Shown here piece by piece: positions 40,401 through 55,400 of a stretch of 64,000 nt of DNA. A program made the translations under genes and the position numbers. The notes beneath the pieces were generated by a model. The model saw nothing but the letters and a program-made list of their open reading frames with translations, was not told the origin of the DNA and did not search any database. How positions within the stretch are numbered: position 1 is the stretch's first letter; every line of letters starts with the position of its first letter. This stretch comes from Camelus dromedarius (lineage: Eukaryota), in contig NC_087436.1 of assembly GCF_036321535.1 (NCBI RefSeq), positions 94,986,001 through 95,050,000 on the forward strand, given 5' to 3'.

Positions 40401-43400
40401 TTGAGGCTTGACTCTCATACCCAGGAGAAATATTATTTGGTGTTTTCCCTCATAACTCAATGGAACTATGACACACTAGACAGTGAACCTGCACCTGAAC
40501 CTCAAGACATACGGCAGAGCCCTGGGAGAACGGCAACATGGAGATAAGCCTGCAGCAGTAAGGAATCAGGCAGAGAGCATGTGCCTTCCGGCTTTCCAGA
40601 AAATACATACCATAGTGTAATTGTGAGCCACTTTATGCAAATCTGTACAACCTTGAGCATCAGCAAAAGAACGGATTCCAAGACAGTTGGATGGGTGAAG
40701 CTGTTTCATTAAAAACTTACAGCATGCTTCTACAACCTGTGAAAGCTGAAGAAGGCAAGCTGTAGATAACAGGCACTCAATATTATCTTCTTTCAATTCA
40801 AGGCGGCCTTAACGACAAAAAGAAATTCCGTTAACTGTGGAAACATATGAACTTTAGTTTGTAAGGTAACTGGCGTAGTATTTTATTTTATTTTATTTTA
40901 TTTTAACATTTTTTATTGATTTATAATCATTTTACAATGTTGTGTCAAATTCCAGTGTTCAGCACAATTTGTGCGTAGTATTTTAAAGTAAGAGCTCATT
41001 ACACATATTCCAGACATAGATGATTTAAGACATTCAAAAAAGAAAAAAAAAGTACTAAATACGAAAAAAGAATTATTAGCTCTTTGTGACTCCTACTAAA
41101 ATAAAAACTAATAGCTTGTTTCCAGAATTTTTAAAGAATGATTTAATTAGTAACATATTATATAAAACTCAAATTTTAAGTGTGATAATTCTAAAACATT
41201 ACATAGCTCATCTAATTATTACATGAACACTTAAAAATATCATTCAAAAGCTTAATTATGGTAATCATTTTAAAGGTTCTAATATAGATACAGGAATCAT
41301 GAGGGGTGGTGGTTATAACAGTAGAATTAACTGTTGGCTGTGGCAGGCTTTATTAAAAGCAGAAATCTAAGATCTAATAATGAAATTTAAATCTAAGAGG
41401 TATCAAGTTTCTATTTTCAGATTTCTTACCTGTATATGCATACTGAATCAAGGACCAGAGTGAATTTGGCTCTACACCTTCCATTTTTATTTCTTCTTGT
41501 CTTGCTTCCCTGACATCATTAGTAAACATGGCAGCAAAATAATCTGAGACAGAGGAGAGCACCAATCTGAGAACATATTAGAAGAAAAAAAGATCAGTGA
41601 CAACATCGAAGCTGATGTTCACTAGGAAGTGCGGCTGCTTTCTCTCCTTCTTTCTCTTTTCTTTCTCTCTTTCTTTCTTTCTTTTTTTTTTTAACTTTGT
41701 TACCCACAGAAAGTGCTTGGTCCTGAGAAATGCATTTTAAGTTTGACAAATTGCTTTATGCTCTAGTTCCTCCCTTTGAATAATAAATTACCATTACTGA
41801 AAATTTTCTGCTGAGATAAATGACTTACCCATTCACTATTCAAATATCCCCTTTTAACATCCTGAAAAAAAAGCTACAAGCTCACAGCATTAAGCTGACA
41901 ATATAAAAAGTGGGGGGAAATGTAAAGGTTCTCCTGTTTATCACTTCTGAAAATAACCTGTTTTTTTTTTAATTGTAGAAGTAGTAAATATATGAGACAT
42001 TTGAGACTGGTTTTAGTAGGTTATTTTTAACTTTTATGATTTTTCAATTATTACAGTATATTATAATGTTTGTGCTTTGTCATAAAATTATCTTTGTTAC
42101 CACAATACAAAGCGGTGTATTCTGTTACAATACATTACTATATATTAAGTATGTCTCTGTCCAGATTTTTGAGTCACATATAAGCAAAAATAGGTTATTT
42201 ATATATATATTTTTCAAAACATACATTTTTTATTTGATAATGTGTCTTGAACATATTTCCATATCAGCACACTTACAGAGATTTACTTTATTTGTTTTTT
42301 AAAGAAGTAGAAATTCTGATACAGATAATAGTTGAAGCTCCCTGTGTTCCTCTGTAATTCCCTTCTCCTCTCTCCCCAGGAGGGCACTGCTGAGTTGTAG
42401 GGTTTGCTAAATTGCTCTCCAAAGTGCTGTGCCAATTTACTCCCCCACCAGCACTGTTTAAGAGTTAATCTTGCCCCACAATATTGTCGGATGTTAAAAT
42501 TTTTGGCCATCTGCAAGGTGTTAAATGGTATCTCATCATTCTTTTAATTTTCATTCACCTGATTGTTAGTGAGGTGGAAGGTATTTTCAAATGTTTATTG
42601 GCCATTCAGGTTCCTTCTGAGAACTGCCCATTCATTCATTCACTGAGCAAATACTAAGGCACACCTAGTAAACACTGGGCACTGTTCTAGATATTTGAGA
42701 TACATTAGAGTAAAAAATAGACAAAAGTTTCCTTCTCTTATGCAGTCTTATATTCTACAGGGAAGGGAGACAAACAATACACAGCAGAAGTAAATTCTAT
42801 AGTACATCAAAAAGTGACAAGGGCCATGGGGGAAAAAGCAGCAGAAGGGCAAATGGGGAGTGGATGGTGGGTTTAAATAGGTGGTCTCACTGGAAAGTGA
42901 CATTTGCGAAGGGACTTGAAGGAGGTGCAGGAATTCATCATACAGGTATCTGGGAAAAGCATTCAGGCAGAAGAGCAGCCAACGCAAAAATCCAAAGGCA
43001 TGAGCCGTATGCCTGGCAGGTGCAAAGAACAAAAGGGTCAGTAGGCTCTCAAGTGGAGTGAGCAAGGAGGAGAGCAGGAGGGCAGAACAGTCAAGAGGTA
43101 ATGGCAGGCTGAACCACACCAGCCACTGTGAGGACATGGCTTTCACACTGTGCGTGACATGAGCGGTCACTGGGAAGTCTGATCAGAGCAGCAACCAGAT
43201 CTGAGTTCCATTTTAAAGGCCCACTCAGGTTGCTGGGTAGAAAACAGAATGCGGAATGCAGAGGAAAAGAGTGAAAACAGGAGTTTCTTGCAATCCAAGT
43301 GAGATGGTGATGGCTGACACAAGTGTCGCAGGTAAGGTAATGAGTTCTGCTTTGGAAACAGAGAATTTGAGGTGATTTTATGAAATTCAGATTGAACTAT

Positions 43401-46400
43401 CTTTCTAATAAACCCATGCTCATAATATGGACTTTTTGTCACAATATATAGTAGCATCTCAATAAATATATGCTGATTGAGTCACTGAAAACTCTAAGAC
43501 CAAGCCCATTCTTCCTGATTCTACTTTCACTCAGAGGGTTTAACAAAACTTTTGGGACAGAGTGTTAATTAGTCTTGAAAGGCATTAAAAAAAAAAACCA
43601 AAAACCTCTGGGATCATAATAGTGATTAACAATGAACAATTAAATACGGAATTATTAGAAGAAAAATAATGAATTGTTCTTTATTAAATGGCTCCCATTT
43701 CCTTTCCTTACATCAAGAAATAATACTTCATTTGTGTTAAAGGCTTTTTTTTCCTGAGCACCACTGCCTTTCATATTTCCTGGAGGTCAGCAAACAGAAG
43801 TTGGGAGAGATGTGACTACTTAAAAACTCAACAGTTTTGTCACTCCATTCCACCAGCTTTTTTGTTTCTAAATACTCACAGCTCTAATTTCCATTGAGTT
43901 TATTTAAATTTATTTAATAGGAAAATTAGGTGGGGTGCTGCTCATAGTAGCTGAAATCTATATCAAATAATATTGACTGATTTCAGGCTGGTATGTCTTG
44001 TTTTTATGCTTCTAGAGATGAAGTGACCTTTTTTGGGTCTTTTAATGTGTAATAACATCATATGCACTGTTTTCTTTGCAGAAATTCCATGAAATTTAAA
44101 CCATCACCAAAATACTCCATGGAATAATTAATTAGAACAAGTTACCTTAACATGCATAATCAAATTATCAAGAAAATAGTTCACACATAAAGAAGTTTAG
44201 AAAACAATTACCTATGAGCCGGAATTCTGCGATCACCAGCAACCAGAATTACATCACATAACTGTTTGTGTCTCAAATAGTTTTCCATCTTTTTGAATGT
44301 TTGCTCAGCATGATTAAGGGCTTGGAAGAATTCATCTGATGAACATGGCTCCATAGTATGGCAGGATGATAATGTCTGACTACTATTGGAGGTCCTGAAA
44401 AGAAAGAGAACACATGTTTTGAAATGTCACTATCACGCTAAAAGTATCTCTCTTTCCTATCAAGTCCTTTTAGAGCCTTTAAATGTAATAGAAGTGATGC
44501 TACCAGCCAGTACTAATGTAATCATTCATCATTTTTGCCTTTTAAAATTGGTTATGGCTCAAAGCATATGTGTGTCTTGCAAACATTGTGAGTGTGACAT
44601 CTTCTAGTTAATAGCTACACATATTCTTTGTCCATTCTTGAGGTCTCTCCTCTGGTCAGTACAACACCTCTGCTGAAAAAGAGCCAAAATATATTCACAT
44701 TGATAGCTATAGCTCCTAACATTATATTTAAGGGTTTAAGAGATCATTTTTTGAAGGGTAGGAAGGCAATTAAACTATCTTGGAGATTTAAATCCAAGCC
44801 ATCCTTTACTTAAAAATGGGTTATGTTTCACAGTTGATTTATAAGATAACTATTTAGAATACAAAATATATTATCATAAAAACAGTATTATAAATAATTC
44901 ATTTGCTTCTCTGGCTAGTCTTCAAAAGCTGGAGTAACCTATAACTCAGATCACAGTTTAAAGGAATTTGATGGCCTAATCTAGGTATCTAAAAACTGTC
45001 TGAAATTTCCAAGTTATAACTTGAAGAGTATGAGTTCTGTTTTCATTATAATATACTGATAGAAATGGTGAAAAAATTAAAAAATTGGGACTAAGAATGA
45101 AATCCTACATCCACTCCTCCCAAGATCTCTTCTCCAAGATCACTTGAATCAAGTGATCCCTTAGTTATGTAATCAATATCCCTTAGTTATGTAATTAACT
45201 ACAAAGCCACCAACTGTGCCACAACTTAGTTCTCATTTCTTGTCAGATTTACTTTAAGGATATTGTGATTCTGATGTTTTGTTGAATCTAGCCTCACTAT
45301 ATCTTAAGAGAATTTTCTTAATATAAATAGCTAATAACCTTATCAAAAAAGAAAAACCTCATTGGATCTTTTAAAATAAAGGAAACTGAAGCCAAGGAGA
45401 TCAAGTGCCTTGCCAGAAGCCATAGAGTTTGTTCATGGCAGAAATAGAGCTGTTGTAGTGACTACTAATTGCTCAACAAAAACTTCTTTCTTTTTCTCCT
45501 GGGAATATAGCTAGACATCATTTCCCAGCCTCTCTCTCAGATAGGTGCAGTCTTATGATGGAAATGAACCATGTCACCTACAGGTTAAAGTGGCTAAGAG
45601 CAGGTATGTAGTTCCCATTCTTTCCTTCTCTATCCACGGGCACCAAGGACTTACATGGAAGAAGAGTAAAATATACACATGCAAAGTCACTCAAGTAAGA
45701 ATGCTCATGTTGACTGAGGTTTATCAGTTTCAAAAGTTATCAGTGCCTTGACTAATACATATCTCTACCTAAATTCTCCCAGCCCATCACATTGTCAATG
45801 CCATACAAATATGGGCCCTAAAAAATGTTCTTGGAGGGTAATTGTCAATAATGATAATAGAAGCAAAATATGTATTATCTAGAAGGTATATACTGTGCAC
45901 TATGAATAATACTGGCACTTGGAAAATCTGGTAGAATATACTCAACTTTATATTTAAGATCATTAGTATAAAAATGTATTGAGTAATATGTTGCTTATAT
46001 ATGCAAATAAATGAAAATTAGAAACTATTTAAAAATCTAGGGAAAATGTAACATAAGCAAAAATAAATAATGTTGACTTTGATGAATAACAACTTGAAGA
46101 TTGAAAACATTTCTCAAGAAAATGAAGTTTGTATACTGTCAAAATACTGACAAATGATTTATGAGTACTAGTGATCTAAGAAGGAGGGAGGATTAGAACA
46201 CTGATTTGTATAAGCCCAAATTCTTCCAAGAACAAGAAAAAATGAGGTAAGTAACTTTTTTCTTGGGGCTGCTATATTTTGTATCACATTTCTTATACTT
46301 TATATTAAATTCTCAGTAATGACTAAACATGAGTTAGTTGAATGTTTTTTGAGTGATCAATTGCCATCATCCAAATATAAATGCTAATCAATGTTAAATT

Positions 46401-49400
46401 TTGAAAAAACAACAGAATTTATAATACTAACATCACTAAGTTATTACAGGCTAGCTTTGATGTTGGTATAAGCTCATTTAATAAAGAGACCATTTCTTTT
46501 CTTGACAAGAACTTTAATAGTGGAAATATGGAAAGCATTTCAGCATTGTGTTCAAGGTCTCTTTCCTTAAGACTGATTCAGTAGGTCTGAGGTGAGACCT
46601 AAACATCATATTTTTTAAAAGCCTTACAGGCGATCCTAACACACATCGCAGGCTGAAGACCATCGGTACACTTCAGACAAGAGATGGATACATTATACAA
46701 ATCAGCATGTGATGAACTTACAGATTTAAAACACTGATATACACAACACTTCAGACATGTGTAAACTTGAATTTCTTTCACTATTTTCAATGAACTAGCA
46801 GAACTTAATAGAATATTTTTCAAAATGAGCATAAAGGTAAAACATCAAAATTGTTTATATACATATGCATTAACAAAACAACTATGCTTCTATAAAACAG
46901 TATTTCAAACTTCTTGATTTCCTTTCAAGGCTTTGACTGCTAGCATACGTTGAATAAACATATTATTTCAATGTGACAATTCACTGAGGTTTCTGGGTAT
47001 AGCAATCACTCCCACTGCTCCAAATGAAGGATCAAAAGAAGTGCAGGCGTCTGATTTGTAGACTATGGAAAAGTGAAGCCATCCATTCACAAAAGGAACA
47101 TGGAAGAGGTAGGAACAGAGCTACTCAGACTTGAAGAGCTGCACAGCTTTCTAGCATTTCTTCTTCTGCCTTGTTTTTAAGAAACGTAGGACCTTGCACA
47201 TGCAACTTTAATAATGCAAGAATTTACTTAAAAAAAGAATTTACTGCATATCCATCCCAACTACAGAACCCTAGGTATGGTTCTATACCCTAAGTATAGG
47301 TTCTCTAGGTATGAGAACCATTATATACAGAATTTTTACACCTAGAAGGAACCTATGCAGTCATTTAATTCAACTCCTTTATTCTGCAGACAAGAAAATT
47401 TGAGGCTCAAAATGGCTCAAAGTGATCAACCAAGGACATACAGGTAGCTGATTATAAAGCCAGGATCAGGAGACATTTGGAATGTTGGTCAAACCACTCG
47501 CAAAAGAATGGACATTTTTGCTTACATTTACCCTAAGGCGTCAGTGAGTGTAAGGACTAAGGGGATGAAGGGAGACAGATGGTACAACAGGAATGAAGAT
47601 AACATACCAGAAAAAGGGGCATTAAAATTAAGGATCTTAGACAAAAGTCTACTGCTATGTCACTGCCCCTTAGCTGGGTGTAAGAGAGCACGTCTCTTAG
47701 GCTTCTATGGGACGGAGATAATATCTCTATCCCTTACTAATCAAATGTTTTTAATACTCTGGCTCTGTCTAATTACAGTGTTAATACTTTCTTACTGTTT
47801 TTTTCCAATTATGTGATTTGGTTTGAAGGTTGAATTGGAGAGGTATGGTGTAGTGACTAAGAGCATTTTACGAAGGAAGGCTCTAGAGCCGTGCTATCCA
47901 ATATAGTAGCTACTACACCCATGGGGCTATTTTAATTAAAATAAAATAAAATAAAAATTCAGTTCTTTAGTTGAACTAGTCATATTTCAAATGCTCAAGC
48001 AGCCCCCTGAGGCTAGTGGCTGCCAGACTGGATGCTGCAGATACAGAACATTTCCATCACTGCAGAAGGTTCTATTACATAGCGTTGATTCAGCTCTGTC
48101 ACTAGTATCTGGACAAGTTATTTAACTTCTCTAAACCTTACCTTCAACAGCAGTACAGTAATGAGTAACACATAGTACTTTCTTTTAAAGGATCCTTCAT
48201 GGGAGGATTATTAAATGAAATAATAAGTGCATAGCCCCAGCACAGAATAAGCACACAATCAAGGTAAATAAACTACTCTTAGTAGACCCTCCTTTTTCAA
48301 AGGCCAAAGGGAAGGCCTGTAATCTCAGCCTTTTGTCTTTATATAACGTTGATTGTTTGGTTGTCCTCCTAAAGTGGTCCCCAGTATTATCAATTTTTGT
48401 AACTAAATTTCATAATTCCTAAGTAAAAATGGCCTTTAATAAACTCAATGGACATCCTAATCCATAATATAAACATCTGAGAATAGGCCATTTATGGAAC
48501 ACTGAGACATATTTCTCTGGGATTTCTAACTTGATCTTTACCTGATAGCAGAGGAAATATATCTAACACCTCTGTTTAGTTTTATTTCTTTGATGTTACT
48601 AAGACGGTAAGTCACATTTCAAAGAATTGCATCATGATCATGAGATCATTCAAATCTTTTTATAACAGACATTCCACTGTCATGAACTCTACATTGCTAA
48701 GTATTTCCAGGTTATAAGGAAACATTAATTTTTAGCTTACTGTCCCTCTGCAGTAGGCAATGAATTTGAAAGTCAGAAAAATGCCTTAATGTAGAAAAGA
48801 AGTAAATACCAAACAAATTAAGTCACCAACTATTTACAGAGTAGCTCTTAGATGCAGCATGGCACCAGTTGTTAGAAACTGTGGGGATATGATAAGAAGA
48901 TATGACTTGTTTAGTGAAGGGACTTGGAATTTGAAGATTCAAGTTCTGTAAAGTGGAAAAAATTAACCAGCAACACTAATACTTGCAATTCTTCAGATTT
49001 CACACACGTGTGTAGAGGCACAGACTATGTACTGTGGCCAATATTACCATTTTATTGCAAACTATTTAGATTTCTCCACTTTCATCACCAGAACTTGCAA
49101 GAGGCTTTCTTAACAGAGTAATTTTTCAAAAGAAGTTTTAAAAAATCAATTCACAAGAATTATACTGTATATGACTTTGAGTAGAAAACAAAGCTGCATT
49201 GAAACTCTAAAGAGTCCGTTTGGCTCACTCCCCAGGTAACTGATTCACTCCCAGCCCCCTGCCTCAGCTTCTGGCATTCAGAATTCATGTTTTTGCCAAA
49301 GCGCAAATGACTATATCATGAATCTTTTGGCATCTTTTACGCATATTCAAAATCACAAATGTAAACTAAGAATGTACATTGCTTAGTATAGACTAGCAGT

Positions 49401-52400
49401 CTCTAAAAAAATTTATGTATATCCTTTTCAGTATACTTTTAGGCATGTACCCCAATATATGGATATTTATTAGTTTATAAAAGATATATATATATATACA
49501 CATATGCATACCATTGTATAATTATTATTTATATTATAAAATAGAAAAATGAGGTTTAAGAGATAAAATGTAAATAGACTTTCTAATATATATATACGCA
49601 TATATATATTTTACTATTTCTCCAACAGATCACCTGATACATCCCCAGTTGGAATGTAATTGCTATCAGAATATACAGAAAGGAAAGATCCATATGGGCT
49701 AGTGTTTCGAAAGGCAACAGTAGCGGATGAGATCTGAAATACGCCCTAGAGTTCAGACGAGTAAGGAGGAGGAGGAGTTGGGGTTATCATTAAGGACAGG
49801 ACAAGGCAGGTGTATAAAAAGAAACGACAAGAGGCAAAGAATATTTCTCAAGAGAAATATTGTTTCGTTTTAGAATTTAAGGGGTTCTCTTCTGGTCCTG
49901 TGGCCGGACTGTCTATGGTGAAAGTTAAATGTTGTTTGTAAGAATCAAATTTTCTTAAACAAGATAATAACCAGTGTGAAGGGGAAGGGACACTGGGCAC
50001 TCTCATACAATGCTGCTGAGAATTAAAATAGCAGTGATGTTCCTGAACTGAATTTGAGAATACAAATCAAAAACTCTAAAAATGTGCACACCTTTGAGAC
50101 TTTATCCAGAGGAAATAATGACCTGTATGTAGGATCTGGCTACAGGGAGGGTTTATCACAGGCTGTTTCTAACAGGAAAATATTGGAAACAGTCTAAATT
50201 CAAAAAACAAAAAAAGAGTAACGGTTAAATAAACAAAAGGTGTGTTTGTGCAAACATTTTTAAAGACATAGAACATATGACATGGAAAGCTGTTTTAGTG
50301 GATATTGCTTTTGCCTACTCGGGAGTCTTTCTTAGGGTAACAGACCCATCTTTACCTTTTGGGAAACCGCACATTCCCCACCTCAGTCCACAACAGGCAG
50401 AGCTGAAGCTTCCCCCTGGGCAAAGGTGAGGTAGGGACTGAGGCCTGGCCAATAAGAGTATCATCTCTTCTGGCAATGATGATTGGTTTGGGTGGACATA
50501 TGATCCAAACAAGGCCAATCAGAGTCAGTTTCAAGATGTTTGTTGGCAATCTTGGAAAAGGGTCACTCTGTTTCCATTGAGGAGGCTAAGCCGATAAAAA
50601 GTAAATTTGGAGCTGCTAGTGGCTTTTTTGCTACTACACAGAAAGCCTGCCCGAGAAAATGCCATCACAAAGGAAAAGAGAATCTAGAGAGAAAAAAAGA
50701 TTTCTGGCATTATTTGAGTATCTGGATTCAGACATGTCTAAAGACATTAGACTTCTTATTTACTTATGTGAATCAAAAATTTCTAATTTTTGCTTAAGTT
50801 AGTTTGAGCTTGTTATTTGTGACTAAAAGAGTCTTAATTTTAACGTTTACATTGGGCAAAAAAGTTTACAAAATAAGATGTACAGTAAGATTCATATTTT
50901 TATTCTAAAAACATATTTCATTATATTTAAAATATACTGGAAGGATACTTCCTCATATTGTTAATGGTTGTTATTTTGTGGTGCCAGGGTAACTAGTGAT
51001 TTTTCTTTTTCCATTTTTGCTTATCTTTATTTGTGAATATCCCTTTGGTAAAAATAGTACAAAATATGCGGGGAAAAAAGCTCATTAAAAAATTAGATCC
51101 AAAGATTTCTGAAGAGTTCTAACCAGCTGTCTTCACCTCTTGCACCCTGTTGATTAACCCCCAAACCATTCTTCACATCTACCACAGTAATGAGTTTTAG
51201 CAGGACACATGGCTCCCCAGGCAGAGGCTATATCTGAGCCTCCCTTGCAACTAGTCATGGCCACGTGACTAGGCTTTCCACAATGGAATGTGAACAGAAC
51301 TGATAAATGCAACTTGTGTTATTTGTTTAATTTCCTTCCTTTTCTTTCGTGGTCCTTCCCACAGGCTAGGATGCAGAGGGGGAGCTGAGGAAACACTGAC
51401 CACAAAGAAGGAATAACACCCAACAAGATGGAGAAACAACATGGAAGGAACCTGGATCTCTGAATCAACTTGTATAGCAGAGCTACCTGTCTGTCCTGGG
51501 CCACTGGCCCATCTGCTAGGTCATAGAGAAACAAACTTCTATTTTATTTGAGCCACTGTATTTCCGAATCTCGTTGATATATTATCTTAGCCTCTTCCCT
51601 ACTAATATACTCCCTAAAGTTAAATAACCAAATTACATGTCTCTGTGCATATGAGTGATTATGTGTGTGTTTATCATTGTTTTCATGCCTAATTATCTAA
51701 TTCTAAAAACATAAAACTTCACTATCCAGTTCCAAATAGATGAAAATAAAATGTAAGCAATAAGTGTCATAAAGATAGGTTCTTCTGTCTCAAAAATCTG
51801 GGGTTATAAAGGCCAGTTGTGCCACTGTAGAGTCTTTTTCCCTAAGCTGATTCTTTCTGGGAACTAATATGATTCCAATAAATTCCTATTCTGTTTAAAT
51901 CAGTCAGTCAATTTCAGTTGCTTAAAACTAAGAACACTGATTGACACAGTGTACAGATAAGCTTTAGGGGGTTCATGAACTCCTTGAACCCTACATGAAA
52001 TACTTAACACACACGAGTGCACATACATGCACATACCTGCACACACATGTGGAGGGTTTCTGGGGAGAGGTTCCGTAGTTTATGTCAAGGGAATCCATGC
52101 TATGACTTGGGCCTATATGTGCGAGGGAGGACAATGCAATACATCCTTCCTAGATACGAGTACATTGTAGTTGAACTTTGCCATCTCTGGAAACAAATTT
52201 TTTTTCATGTGGAAATGTGGAAGATTTTAATTTTAAACTGAACCAGAATTAACAGATTGATTTACACAGGGAGAAGTAGCATAAAGAGGGTCAAGCAAAA
52301 GGAGATGGCGCTTGAGAAATGGTATATTATAAAGATAACCCCCTTGTTGGGAGAGGAGAAGAGCCTAAATGCCTTCAAGATGAGTCAAAGAATAGTAAAT

Positions 52401-55400
52401 CAACTGACAAGGGATAGAAGAGTTCAGTGATATCTGCAGCTGAAACACAGGGTAGCAAGCATCCAACAAGATGGACTGGGTGACTGTGGGTAAAGAGCTG
52501 TGGGCATGTCAAGAGACTACACCTGTAAGCCAGCCAGCCTTGGCTTTTCCAAGAGCCAGCCTGGGAAAATTAGTCGAGGAGAGCAGGTGAAACTGGTTAG
52601 AATGAATCATTAACTATTATGTTAACCCAAGTTGAAGTCAGTGATTAAATGAATAGGCACAGAGAGCTGCCTACTGGTATGTGAGCATGAAGTCTACATC
52701 TTAATTTTTTGGGTTCAAAAATGCAGCTGTTTCCAAGTGATCAAGGTCAATATCAATAATGACAAGTCTGATTGATGGGATGTATCTTTGATAAGATGTG
52801 ATGAAAATGGCACTTTACCTTTCTGGTCTTCCTCCCCCAAACTCATAACTCAGTCTAATCACAAGACAAATATCAGAAAAATCCCAGTTGAGTAAGACAT
52901 TCTACAAAACACCTGACTCCCCAAACTGCCAAGGTCATCAAAACCAAGTCTGAGAAACTGTCACAGCCCAGGGGAGCCTAAGGAGATGAGATGATTAAAT
53001 GTAACTAGTACCCTGGACAGGATCCTGTAACAGAAAAAGGATTTTTAGGTAGAAATTAAGGAAATCTGAATAAAGTATGGACTTTAGTTAACAATAATGT
53101 ATCAATATTGGTTCAATAGTAACAGATATACCATACTCGTGCAAGACATTAATAAGAGGAGAAATTGGGTATGGGGTGTATAGGATCTCACTCTACTATC
53201 TCAGCAATTTTCCTGTAAATCTAAAACTGTTGTAAATTTATATAGGTTTTTAAAATGCAGTTTCATTTCACTTACTAACCTTGAGCAAGTTACTTACCCT
53301 TTTTGTGCCTCACTGGCCTCATCTGTATAATTAGAATGATAATAGTAGCAATCTAACTCAGAAATTTGTAAAGATTAAATGAGTTAATATAGTACTAAAA
53401 TGCTTAGAACAGTGTCTCACAGACAGTAAGTACCCAGTCAATATGAGCTATTATTTTTTTGTGGATACTGTAGAGTAATATTTTATATACATTGACTAAA
53501 AATAGTCTGACATATAAAATATTAAACCCTAACTTTATAAACAAAGTTTGAAATAAGAGATTTCACCCAATATGTCAAAATTACATAATTTCAAAGCTGG
53601 CAAATCAAGTAAAGTGTAAACTGTGTTTATACTATAGGCACATGGTGAGCCACCATGTAAACCTTGCAGCCCTGGTGAAAATTCATCCTGAGTGAAAGTC
53701 TTAGGAACTTACTGCTCACACAGAAGGTGACAACTCTGTTGCTTAAGATCTAAAATTCTTCACGGTGTAAAAAACAAAGTTTGTATTTTAACAATGAAGT
53801 AATGGCTTAGATGATTCCTATGGAGAAAAAGTGGCGAGGCTACAGACCCAAGATCAAAGTTAAAAGGTGAGAAACTTTTAAATCACTTAGATATGTGGCA
53901 GCAGAAATCACCCTAAGTCTAAGGCTCAAGAAGACATTTCTCCTGCATAGACTGCAACTGATCAAACACATTAGCAACATGTGATGCCTCCTAACTTCCA
54001 CTTTCAATTAAATTGTCTACCCACTGTAGGTATATGTATAAATACACTCAACTGATTTCCTCTTTTTCTAATAACTCAAAATTTCAGTCTAAGTTCTGAG
54101 ATCTGTGTAAGTATTATGGCCATGTAAATGAGAAATTTTCCATATATCTTATGTATTTTCCCATTATGCCTTCAATATTTTAAGATATCAATCTATATAG
54201 TATATGCAAATAAAATGTTTACTATATATTTTATTATTTGCAAATATTATATAAGAAAAAGGACTATTCCCAAGTTATATACAAAATTTGATGAATGTCA
54301 GTGTAGCTTTTTTTTGACATTAATGGTGATAGTTTTTGATTTGTTTTACAGTAGAGGGCAAACACCTAGAGAGATTGCTCACTTAATCAAAAAGCTGGAG
54401 GAAAATAAATGTATCCTCATGACAAAGATCAAAGACTCATAGCTGAAGGATCAAAGGAGAATGTGAGAATTAAATATATTTAATCTAGAAAAAAGTGGAA
54501 AAGTGAAAGTATACACACAATTGACATACCTAAAATCTGAATGTTTTTTACTTTTTTGCAGTAAGATGTTAAGATAAAAATTTCAAGCCATCAAGAATAT
54601 TAAATATCTTTCACACATTTCCTCTCTTATATCTAAAAATCAGAGACATTTTCTTTAATCCCTTTTATTTTCAAAATGATATTTTAGAAATTGGTGACTA
54701 CAGATGTAAACTGTTTACTCCCCATCTTGTTATTTACTTTCAATTTTCTTAATTAGCATTTTTAAAACAACTAGCATGTTAAAACAATTAGTATTTTTAA
54801 AACAACTTATTTTAGATTTAAAAAGTTTCTTATTTTTATAACTTCTCTAAATAAAAATGTCAGTTATGTTCTTGAAGGATGCACATAGCAATCTCTTAAT
54901 GAAAAAAAAGCAATCTTTTTCTGTCATAATGAATATCCCATCAAGATATTTCAATATGGATTCTACAGAACAGATTAACTTAATTTCAGTAATCATTAGC
55001 TATGCAAATTACCTTTGCTCTAAGGAAGTAAATTATACCATGTGTGTATAACCTTTCTAAGATTATACATGTATATAAGTTTTATACTCACATTATGTAT
55101 AATCTCTCCAGGTAGTAGATACATGTTAAGGTTTTTATACTTAGGCTGGTAAATGAATGAATGTTTTGTTTTTTTTCCAATTTTGTTAAAAATGTTCTTG
55201 ATACTTTGTATTGATTTCCAAATGAAAAGATGATTACTCTTCAGTTTCCCACAAAAATGATAAACCCTGAACCTTTTACTATATAAATTACTCTCTTTAT
55301 GGCAACAAGTACCCAAAGAAAATACAAAACAATCAAACCATATTAACTCAGTTGCTCTCCATATTAAAATTATTAGTGGCTCCTATTCCCTTAAGATACT

